In this document: one piece after another, positions 8,979-17,276 of the stretch
How positions within the stretch are numbered: position 1 is the stretch's first letter
How the letters are laid out: each line of letters starts with the position of its first letter
Source of the DNA: Bdellovibrionales bacterium
Lineage (GTDB): Bacteria > Bdellovibrionota > Bdellovibrionia > Bdellovibrionales > UBA1609
Direction of reading: 5' to 3'
DNA: 64,000 bases
NCBI GenBank assembly: GCA_965237565.1
Contig: OZ250145.1
Coordinates: 182,860-246,859, forward strand
Position numbers and translations under genes: made by a program
Notes under the pieces: generated by a model
The model's database searches: none
What the model was told of the DNA's origin: nothing
The model's input: only the letters and a program-made list of their open reading frames with translations

Positions 8979-9632
8979 TTAGCCTTCTTGGAGAATCTGA
9001 ATAGCTCTTCGGTAGTTTGGATGCCGAAATATAAAATTTCCTGATACCAAAATATCTGCTTCTTTTAAATGAGACAATGTTTGTTCATTCACTCCTCCGT
9101 CTATCTCAATGAGTACATCCAATTTCCTTTTCAGCAATTCTAAGCGAAGAGGAGAAATTTTAGAAGCAGATTCCTTTAAAAAAGACTGGCCACTAAATCC
9201 AGGCTCCACAGTCATAATCAAAACCAGATCTACCCATTCTAAAAAAGGAAATAGAGATTGCACACTTGTTGAGGGCTTTAGCGTGATACCTGTTCGCACA
9301 TTCATCTTATGAATTTGTTTCAAAACATCCTCTATATTCTTGGTAGACTCAATATGAATGGTCAGAGTGTCAGCTCCCGCCAGAGCAAAAGCGTCAATCA
9401 TCTTTTCTGGTTGTTCCACCATCAGATGAACATCCAAGGGAAGAACACTAATCTTTTTTAGACTATGCATGATGGGAATCCCCATTGTTAAATTGGGAAC
9501 GAAATGACCATCCATAACATCCACGTGGATCCAATCGGCCCCTGCTGCTTCTACGGCTCGTACTTCGTCCCCCAACCGAGAAAAATCAGCTGACAAAATA
9601 CTTGCCGAAACTTTATGTTTTTTATTCGCCAA
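8979..9632 (-). CDS. rpe: Ribulose-phosphate 3-epimerase
   Basis: SILSADFSRLGDEV...HVDVMDGHFVPNLTMG motifs. TTG start overlaps the fmt stop. Confidence 0.95.
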   Translation of the reverse strand: MANKKHKVSASILSADFSRLGDEVRAVEAAGADWIHVDVMDGHFVPNLTMGIPIMHSLKKISVLPLDVHLMVEQPEKMIDAFALAGADTLTIHIESTKNIEDVLKQIHKMNVRTGITLKPSTSVQSLFPFLEWVDLVLIMTVEPGFSGQSFLKESASKISPLRLELLKRKLDVLIEIDGGVNEQTLSHLKEADILVSGNFIFRHPNYRRAIQILQEG

Positions 9633-10572
9633 AATAAGATCCTTTTTTCAAACCATAACCTCTCACATACTCTCCTGCTGAAAGAATACCTTTTGATTCC
9701 GGTTGCACTTGAACAATTTTAATCAACGAGTCCTGACAAGCTACTTGAAAAAAATCAGGTCCTATCTCCACTATCTCCGCAGGTGAATGAAAAGATGAAG
9801 ATTGATGAGGTGAATATTCTGCCTTGTGAATTCTCAACCTTTTCTTCTTAAAAAAAGTGTAAGATTGGGGACCAAGAGCGAAGGCTCGGATCTGGTTAAA
9901 TATTTGCAAGCCCGATTGGGACCATACAATGAGATTTTCTTTTTTATCAATCTTTCGAGCGTAGCTTGTCTGACTTTCATCTTGAGGAGTTGGAGACAAT
10001 TCATTTTGCATATAGAGAATCAAATCATCCATCATCTCTGGAATGAGAGAAATCATTTTGTGTAACAAGAAAATAGCATCCATTTCATCTTCTATCTGAA
10101 AACGGCGGGAACCGATAATCGACCCAGCATCCAATTTTTCTTTCACCACTTGCAAACTCATTCCTGTTTCTTTGTCACCAGCCAGAAGAACTCTTTGAAT
10201 CGGTGCCGCTCCTCTCCAACGAGGGAGTAGACTAGCATGAAAATTTAAGACTCTGTTGGGAAACAATTGCAAAAAATCAATGGGAAGTATTTTTCCATAA
10301 GAAAGCATGACGACCCAACGGGCTCCCAAACACCTAATGGTCTGAAGAAATTCTTTTGCTTTTAGAGAGAGAGGAGTAAAAACTGGCAAACCCAGTTCCT
10401 TCGCTCTCAGAGCTACGGGAGAGTCACATTTCGATAAACCTCTTCCTGGAGATCGAATCGCCTGTGTTACCACTCCTTTTATCTCAAAGGCTGAATGGGC
10501 AAGTAATGCATGGAAACATTCTAGTGAAATCAACTCCGTCCCCAAAAACAAAATAGGGAATACAGAACTCAC
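9622..10572 (-). CDS. fmt: Methionyl-tRNA formyltransferase
   Basis: LNFHASLLPRWRGAAPIQR signature. Operon with def (4-nt overlap). Confidence 0.95.
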   Translation of the reverse strand: MSSVFPILFLGTELISLECFHALLAHSAFEIKGVVTQAIRSPGRGLSKCDSPVALRAKELGLPVFTPLSLKAKEFLQTIRCLGARWVVMLSYGKILPIDFLQLFPNRVLNFHASLLPRWRGAAPIQRVLLAGDKETGMSLQVVKEKLDAGSIIGSRRFQIEDEMDAIFLLHKMISLIPEMMDDLILYMQNELSPTPQDESQTSYARKIDKKENLIVWSQSGLQIFNQIRAFALGPQSYTFFKKKRLRIHKAEYSPHQSSSFHSPAEIVEIGPDFFQVACQDSLIKIVQVQPESKGILSAGEYVRGYGLKKGSYFGE

Positions 10573-11156
10573 GAAGGAGAGGGCCTATTGGCTGAATCCG
10601 GATAACCATATTTTTTGATCTGTGCCCTCAACATCTCTGCCTTCATAGGGCTTAGATGATCAATAAACAACCTTCCATTTAGGTGATCTATCTCGTGTTG
10701 AATACAGATAGACAAAAGGCCATCCGTTTTTATTTTACACATTTGACCAGAGTGATCCAAGCCTTGCACTTCTATGATAGCAGACCTTTTCACATCCGCA
10801 TAATAGGAAGGCAAACTTAAACAACCTTCCTTAAAAGTAACGCTTCCCTCTCTTTTGAGTATCTCAGGGTTAAATAACACAACTGGCTGAACAACGGCCT
10901 TTTCTAATTCTCCTGTTTCGATTTCTCTTTTGTCATATCGCTCATTCCCATTTTTTTCACGAAAAGTGGTATCAGCCACAAACAGTTGAACAAAGCGATT
11001 GATTTGAATGGCCGATAAACCCAAGCCAAAATGGGCATGCATGGTCTCGAACATATCATCAATCAAACGAGTTAAATCAGGAGTAATATCTTGGACTGGC
11101 TTACATTTATAACGCAAACGAGGGTCAGGAAACTTTAATATATCCAACACTGCCAT
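10569..11156 (-). CDS. def: Peptide deformylase
   Basis: GLSAIQI, EGCLSLP and QHEIDHLNG metal-binding motifs. Confidence 0.95.
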   Translation of the reverse strand: MAVLDILKFPDPRLRYKCKPVQDITPDLTRLIDDMFETMHAHFGLGLSAIQINRFVQLFVADTTFREKNGNERYDKREIETGELEKAVVQPVVLFNPEILKREGSVTFKEGCLSLPSYYADVKRSAIIEVQGLDHSGQMCKIKTDGLLSICIQHEIDHLNGRLFIDHLSPMKAEMLRAQIKKYGYPDSANRPSPS

Positions 11157-11159
11157 CTA

Positions 11160-11169
11160 CCCCCCCCCC
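11160..11169. repeat. C10 (G10 on the def strand) homopolymer, 3 nt upstream of the def ATG
   Basis: Read directly: ...catctac cccccccccc ttgcc... On the minus strand this is GGGGGGGGGGTAGATG. Confidence 0.9.
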
Positions 11170-11272
11170 TTGCCTCCAGCATTGTAACAAATGGGGAAGA
11201 GTGAAATCAAGAAGAAGAATCAGAAATTTTAGAGAATTTTTATAAGATCATAACTGTGAACCCCTTTTCTCA

Positions 11273-12619
11273 TTGACTACGCATAATAAAAACAGTTTAT
11301 CTTATGTTATGGGTCTTGAAATTGTTCTATACAGTTCTTCTCCGGTTGTTCAAAAAATTTTTTCTCATGTGCTTTATCATTATGGCCCAAAAGTTCATCG
11401 AGTGGATGAAGCTACGAAGCTAATCAAAAAAATAGAGCATAAACGACCAGATATCATATTTATAGAACGCTCAAATGAAGCTTCCAAGGACAAAGCCTTG
11501 AACGCTCAAATAAAGAAAAAAGAAGGATTTGATAAAATTCCTATTGTTTTGCTATCTCGGGACAAGTTGGAAACAAAAGAATGGCCAGCTGGATTGGCAC
11601 AGGGGTTTTTAAAAAAACCAATTGAAGCTAGCCAATTACGAGAAATCATAAATCGTTTTGTCCCAAAAACAAAAGTCAACATTTTGGGAAGATATCTTAT
11701 TTTTCCAACAAAATTTGGAGAGGATCAAAATGTAGAAGAAGCAGAACAAAGCTCCGCTCAAGAGACTGAAATGGCTGCCGACGTCATGCAAGATGAGGTG
11801 GCTGCCGACGTCATGCAAGATGAGGTGGCTGTCGACGTCATGAGTGAAACAGAAGAAGCAGAACAAAGCTCCGCTCAAGAAACTGAAATGGCTGCCGACG
11901 TCATACAAGATGAGATGGCTATCGACATTATGGGTGAAACAGAAAAATGGAAACAGACTTCCGCTAAAGATGCAAAGGATCAAGAGGAACCAAAACCACA
12001 AGACGAAGTGACGATTAACGTAATGGTTGAAGCAAAAGAAGAAAGCTCTGTTCAAGAAACAAAGAGTCAAGTGCTTGCTAACACTGAGGTAAAAACAAAA
12101 GAATCACCATCCCCTCAAGAAGTAAAACTCACCACCTTAGGCTCTGAACCGGAATCCACTGTTGATTCCGATATGGAGAACGAAGAGAAAACCAGTGTAA
12201 AGAATGAAAAGAAGAAACTCCAAGAAAAACTAAAATCGCTGGATTTACAGTCATCAGAAAATGTAAAAAAACAAGAAGAAATGGGTGCCAAAAATTTTTA
12301 CGAAGAAAGTTTTGTTGAAGCAAATACAAAAAAAAGTTCTCGCTTTCTAGCAGATAAACATACGAATGTAAAATTTTTAGATTCAATGGGAAAAGACAAA
12401 GACACTCCAAAACAAATTGATACCCAAGAACTCAATGCGCAAATTACAAAGAAAACTGAAGAACAATTGGCTCAATTTTTTGCAAAGAAAGGTGAAAAAT
12501 TGATTCAAAGAGCTATTGAAAAAACTGTGTGGCAAGTGGTTCCAGAACTAGCAAAACAGATAATAAAAAAAGAAATTGATACCCTTGTAAAAGAAGAAGA
12601 AGATATCAACAACGAATGA
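11273..12619 (+). CDS. Pseudo-receiver (CheY-like) domain protein with acidic tandem repeats and a conserved-looking C-terminal helix
   Basis: The N-terminal ~125 aa follow the receiver pattern, but the DD pair is SS (IVLYSSSP) and the phospho-acceptor is Glu (DIIFIERS). Ser (LLSRD) and Lys (LKKPI) are retained. The middle is Glu/Asp/Gln-rich with repeats. The start is uncertain (TTG 11273 or ATG 11309). Confidence 0.55.
   Translation: MTTHNKNSLSYVMGLEIVLYSSSPVVQKIFSHVLYHYGPKVHRVDEATKLIKKIEHKRPDIIFIERSNEASKDKALNAQIKKKEGFDKIPIVLLSRDKLETKEWPAGLAQGFLKKPIEASQLREIINRFVPKTKVNILGRYLIFPTKFGEDQNVEEAEQSSAQETEMAADVMQDEVAADVMQDEVAVDVMSETEEAEQSSAQETEMAADVIQDEMAIDIMGETEKWKQTSAKDAKDQEEPKPQDEVTINVMVEAKEESSVQETKSQVLANTEVKTKESPSPQEVKLTTLGSEPESTVDSDMENEEKTSVKNEKKKLQEKLKSLDLQSSENVKKQEEMGAKNFYEESFVEANTKKSSRFLADKHTNVKFLDSMGKDKDTPKQIDTQELNAQITKKTEEQLAQFFAKKGEKLIQRAIEKTVWQVVPELAKQIIKKEIDTLVKEEEDINNE
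11735..11945 (+). repeat. Nested in-frame coding repeats (117-bp unit x ~1.8; internal perfect 27-bp x 2 at 11774-11827)
   Basis: EEAEQSSAQETEMAADV(M/I)QDE... occurs twice, 117 bp apart. gctgccgacgtcatgcaagatgaggtg is duplicated perfectly in tandem. Confidence 0.9.
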
Positions 12620-13236
12620 TTTATAGAATGTCGGTGATTGCTAACTGGACAAAAAATTGGGCGAAAAGAGAGAAAAAGGCTTTCCTCTATTACAAACAGA
12701 CGAGTAGCACCAACGATAAAGCAAAGGAATTATCTGATTCGATAAACGGACGAAAAGAGTTATTGATCGCTGAACTTCAAACAAAAGGACGTGGAAGAAG
12801 AAACAAAGAATGGCTCAACAGTGATATGATGTTGAGTTGGAACTACTATTTGAGTCAAGCTCCGCAACTCAAAACTACTGTCGTCATGGGGCTAGCGCTT
12901 CATTCTGCACTAAAAAAAATTTGGCCTGCCAACAATTATAAAATAAAAATACCGAATGATATATATATCAAAAATAAAAAAATGGCTGGAATCCTTGTAG
13001 AGGTCATCAACAAAGGTCCCAAACATCACCAACTTATCATTGGCGTAGGAATGAACGTTTTTTGCCATCCAAAAACTTTGGATTCAAGAAACTCCTTTAC
13101 CCACCTGCAAGAAGAATTACGAAAAAGAATTACTGAAAAAAATTGGGCTGATTTTTTAAATGAGTGGTCTCATCAGACAAAAAAAAGGCTGCCACTTTGT
13201 CTCAAAAGACGGACTTCGCCGATCGTGAATTTATGA
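12616..13236 (+). CDS. birA: Biotin--[acetyl-CoA-carboxylase] ligase (class I, no HTH)
   Basis: SSTND...ELQTKGRGRRNKEW (GRGRRxxxW biotin-binding loop). ATGA overlap with the upstream gene. Confidence 0.8.
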   Translation: MIYRMSVIANWTKNWAKREKKAFLYYKQTSSTNDKAKELSDSINGRKELLIAELQTKGRGRRNKEWLNSDMMLSWNYYLSQAPQLKTTVVMGLALHSALKKIWPANNYKIKIPNDIYIKNKKMAGILVEVINKGPKHHQLIIGVGMNVFCHPKTLDSRNSFTHLQEELRKRITEKNWADFLNEWSHQTKKRLPLCLKRRTSPIVNL

Positions 13237-16200
13237 ACCCAAAGGAATTTCAGGTTTCGTTCTTTCAAAAATCATTTGAAAAATAAGATCATTTTGTGCC
13301 TTTTTTTCCTCCTTGTCTGAGCACGGAACTCTTGCTTCTTCTTCTGCTTCGAAGCATTTGTTGTTTTCGTTGTATTTCATGATGCGTATTGCAATCAATG
13401 AATCCTTTGAAGCTGGAATGGCAATTCTATTTCTCACTTCATCATATAAAACAATAGGATTGGAAATGAAAAATTTTAAAAAAGCATCAGCAATTTTTGC
13501 TTCTTCGTCACGTCTTTTTTCTTCTGGGCTGAGTTCTCCTTCAACAACTGTCTCAAAATTCTTTTCAGAATACTGGTTCATAAATTCCTCATACAAAGTT
13601 TGAACGATCGGCAATCGATATTCATATGATCTATGTCTTTTCACGATTGTATCAATGATTTCTCCAAGACTTACAATGTTAACCACATGAAAGAACAGAG
13701 TGTTTGTGTTGTCATTTTTCAATTTTTGAACAAATTGTGGACTTGCCCCTAGAATACGACGGAAATTTATTGCAAGCAAATATGAAAAGCCCATACGTCT
13801 TTGGGGACGATTATTTTGAAAGGATAGAGTTCTGGGCATTGTAACTCCTAAATCCTCATCCAAATATGGGTTCAAATCCATTCCAAGCAATATATATTCT
13901 TCCATTCTGTTATGAATTTCGCTGTAAAAATCTGGCTCCGCCAATAATAGAGGAGCAAAAATACGTAAACCAAAAGGAAAATAAGCATACTTAAAGCTAT
14001 CAGAAATGGGAGAGAGTTCATCGATGGAATCTTCTTCTGTCTGTGGTAAAAAGTAAGACCTTTCTCTATTGAGGTAACCCACCTCTGTAAACAATTCTCC
14101 CATGTTGTTTTCTTCGGCCCATTTTTTGGCTAAGCTTGATTCACAATCGACCAGAATTTTTCTATTCTGATAAAGTGAGATGTGTTCAGAAAAATCCCTA
14201 TCAATGAGCAACTCTTCTACATCACTAGCAGGCCAAATGACTTGATCAACTATTTTTTCAAAATCCACAGATTGATAAAAACCATCTGCTTTTCTATATA
14301 TGCAATATTTAATAGGAAGAAAAAATATCTCTTTAAAAAAATCAAATATTGGCTCTCTTATTTCATAGTATTGTTTAAAGTCAGAATTATTACGAGCCTC
14401 CTCTAGTAACAAATCTTTAAAAGACGTCACAGATTCTTCATCAAATGGCGAATAATCATGTACTTTTCTTCCTTCCGATCTTAAAAGAGGATTCAGATAA
14501 TCTTCTTGCCACAATTTATATAGGTACTGTATGGCATACAAGCCAAAAAAATTAGTAACCTGTGCTGTGCGACTTCTATCATAGCGTCTTCTGGTTATCT
14601 CTATTGCATTTTTATCTGAGAGAATTGCCATTTGAGCAATCTCTAGCGGAGTTGCTCCATAGTCACCCTTGATACAAATGTTTCCATTTTTGGTAACATC
14701 ACTACCATCTCGGTAGTACGTGCCTCCACATACCTTATAATGTCTCACTGTAACGTTCTTATCCGCTATTGTTTCCTCAATACTTTTTTGTGGTTGCTGA
14801 GGATCCGCATCAGCTCCATCAGATACTTCTAAAAACCTTCCATCAACCAATTCTATCTTATTAAAGTAGAGAAAACGAATCGCAGCGATATCATATTTAC
14901 CTGGGACTGTAAGAATTGGATAACCTTCATGAACATAATCCATTAAAGAAGAAAATTTGGGAGGTTCAGAGAAAAACTTATTTATCATCATTTTATCGGC
15001 ATTTTTTCCAAAAATTTTTGTGATCTCATCGTAGCTTTTGTAATAGTTGTCACTATCCACAGAAGCTGAAAAAACGTGCCTCAAACCGGCACTATGAAAC
15101 ATTTCATGTATTATTGTGCGAATAATACCAGCCTCAGCCAATTTGTAGCCACACTCTTTCACAACTACCTTATCATTTAGAGGAGCCATGTTGGGATGCA
15201 GTGGTTCCAAATCAAATGCATGAGAATGTTGTCCTTTTGTTTCATCAATAAACGAAATAACTTCTGGACACTTCACTTCTATACTCTTCTCAAAAAAATC
15301 ACTCACTCCAGAAGAACCGGGCCAAAGCCAAGCAGTTGGATAAACACGAAATCGTATGTATTGTCGAACCAAATTAATGTAGTTATTAGTCAGATTGCTA
15401 ATCCAAACATTAGCTGTTCCTGAAATGACCTCTCCTGTTTGCGGATTATTAATATTGGGACCGTATCCAAGCCTCGAAATTTGGCCTTTTTGATAATTGG
15501 CAACCATCATGTTAATAATGTTGTAGCGAATATCACCTAGTTCTTGATCTTGGCTCTCATTTAACTTGATAGTTATTTTTTTGTTTCCTTCAGAAGCAAG
15601 TAATTCAAACACTGAATTGAAATAGTGAACTGCCGTACGAGCAAAACCACGTATCCGCTCATCCTTGGGAGTTTGCTTAGAAAAATACCACTCAATCACT
15701 TCAACATTTGGATTGAATCGAACAGAACGATAGAACTTTGTTTTGTCCAACTCTGTATGATCCATAGAATCTAGATAAACAGTTCTGGAAGTATGAAAAA
15801 TGGGAAAAAACGTAGTGCTATCTATTTCGAACCATTTTTTCTCGACATAATTACTATGACTTGGAACTTTTCTGAAAGCCAATTTGATTCGATTAACTCC
15901 CTCATCCACTCTATTCTCAAAGGTTAGACTCAGGTAATCGTTATCTATCACGAGATTCTCAAACTCAAGACGCCGATCTTCAAAAGAATGTCTTAGTTCT
16001 GACAATTGATCAAAATTGATTCTAAAATAGGACCTTTCAATAACCTCTTTTGTGCTCGTTTTCCTGTCACTGAAAGCACTCCACTGATCCCTTGAATCAC
16101 GACTTTCTTCATAATCTTCCCAACTGCCAGGAATAAATATCGCAGCCTTTTTATCTTCCTTCCTAATATCACTACTCGCATCTAAAGCTTCTAGGCCTCC

Positions 16201-17073
16201 AGCCACTTTTCTAAAATTCACCAGAGAAGCTCTCACTGGCAACTGTTCACCAGCATATCCTTTAGCTGAAGTAATAAGGGTCTTCGCAAAAAACCAATTC
16301 CCTGAAAAAAAATTAGCTGGAAACACATTCTTTTTATCCAAGTAAGAAAACACTACTTTATTCGTGAACAAGCGCACATATCGAGCAGTCTTGTTTGATA
16401 TTGCCGTACATTTTGGACGAAATTGCCCAGTTTTCTCATCATGAATATTTTTTTGTTGCTCTTTAGTACAATATTCGACCCTATAGCCAACAAGTGGAGT
16501 CGCCATCATTTGATCATCCAATTTGATTCCTACAGGTCTTTCATCGTAAGGAATTTTGGCTGTTTCAGCGACTTTATAAAAAATTAGATAATTTCCCTTT
16601 AATTGCGGAACAATGTAGTAGACTTGATTAGGAGATCCTTTGAATTTCACTTTACCAAGCAAATTCTTCAACAACTTTTGATCTTTCTTTTCTGTCTCTT
16701 CACTGAAAATTTCATAATTTAAAATGTATTGCTGGTCGGCAAATGAAAGCTCAGAACCTAGTTGGGCTCTTTGCCGACTTGTAGAAAAAGGGACTAATTC
16801 ACCTTGCGAAGTTGTTTTAATCTTGAGGATTTTCCCATCTAAGAAAGCTTTGTCCAAAGATTGTTTTAAATCGCTCGGTCCGGAGGAAAGAATAGAATCA
16901 AAATTTTTGAATCGCTCAATCTTCTCTATGTTATCAGCTGTTCCTTGAACAAAAGTCTCTACTCCAAGATTGTTATCACTCGGTCTCACACAAGAAATGA
17001 ATAAAAATAAGCAACAAAATTTCGTTATGAAAATACGAAATAGCAAAGGAAAGCTCATAGCAAATATATCCAA
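13231..17073 (-). CDS. Giant lipoprotein zinc metalloprotease, metzincin type (paralog 1; DUF4953/DUF5117-like)
   Basis: Signal with lipobox-like LFISC. HEMFHSAGLRH fits HExxHxxGxxH, and SSLMDY (Met-turn) follows ~50 aa downstream. Collinear with the neighbouring paralog. Confidence 0.75.
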   Translation of the reverse strand: MDIFAMSFPLLFRIFITKFCCLFLFISCVRPSDNNLGVETFVQGTADNIEKIERFKNFDSILSSGPSDLKQSLDKAFLDGKILKIKTTSQGELVPFSTSRQRAQLGSELSFADQQYILNYEIFSEETEKKDQKLLKNLLGKVKFKGSPNQVYYIVPQLKGNYLIFYKVAETAKIPYDERPVGIKLDDQMMATPLVGYRVEYCTKEQQKNIHDEKTGQFRPKCTAISNKTARYVRLFTNKVVFSYLDKKNVFPANFFSGNWFFAKTLITSAKGYAGEQLPVRASLVNFRKVAGGLEALDASSDIRKEDKKAAIFIPGSWEDYEESRDSRDQWSAFSDRKTSTKEVIERSYFRINFDQLSELRHSFEDRRLEFENLVIDNDYLSLTFENRVDEGVNRIKLAFRKVPSHSNYVEKKWFEIDSTTFFPIFHTSRTVYLDSMDHTELDKTKFYRSVRFNPNVEVIEWYFSKQTPKDERIRGFARTAVHYFNSVFELLASEGNKKITIKLNESQDQELGDIRYNIINMMVANYQKGQISRLGYGPNINNPQTGEVISGTANVWISNLTNNYINLVRQYIRFRVYPTAWLWPGSSGVSDFFEKSIEVKCPEVISFIDETKGQHSHAFDLEPLHPNMAPLNDKVVVKECGYKLAEAGIIRTIIHEMFHSAGLRHVFSASVDSDNYYKSYDEITKIFGKNADKMMINKFFSEPPKFSSLMDYVHEGYPILTVPGKYDIAAIRFLYFNKIELVDGRFLEVSDGADADPQQPQKSIEETIADKNVTVRHYKVCGGTYYRDGSDVTKNGNICIKGDYGATPLEIAQMAILSDKNAIEITRRRYDRSRTAQVTNFFGLYAIQYLYKLWQEDYLNPLLRSEGRKVHDYSPFDEESVTSFKDLLLEEARNNSDFKQYYEIREPIFDFFKEIFFLPIKYCIYRKADGFYQSVDFEKIVDQVIWPASDVEELLIDRDFSEHISLYQNRKILVDCESSLAKKWAEENNMGELFTEVGYLNRERSYFLPQTEEDSIDELSPISDSFKYAYFPFGLRIFAPLLLAEPDFYSEIHNRMEEYILLGMDLNPYLDEDLGVTMPRTLSFQNNRPQRRMGFSYLLAINFRRILGASPQFVQKLKNDNTNTLFFHVVNIVSLGEIIDTIVKRHRSYEYRLPIVQTLYEEFMNQYSEKNFETVVEGELSPEEKRRDEEAKIADAFLKFFISNPIVLYDEVRNRIAIPASKDSLIAIRIMKYNENNKCFEAEEEARVPCSDKEEKKAQNDLIFQMIFERTKPEIPLGS

Positions 17074-17276
17074 TGATTCATGGCAAACGCACCTGTCAGT
17101 GATCGTGTACCATGGTAATATTAGGAGAACAAATATTCAGTGAGAAAAAAATCTAAATAAAAGGTGGAGGCAATAGTCTAGGTGCAGCTGGAAGTGGTCA
17201 AACAATGTAGATTTCTAATCATTTTTTGCAACCAAAATATCTTAGTAAATCTTAAATTTCGTTCCAGATGGGATGC

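Noticed and set aside
11636-12070. The 144-aa antisense ORF opposite the acidic-repeat region.
   Set aside because: It is a mirror-image artefact of a GA-rich, stop-poor repeat region. The sense frame has the coherent domain structure.
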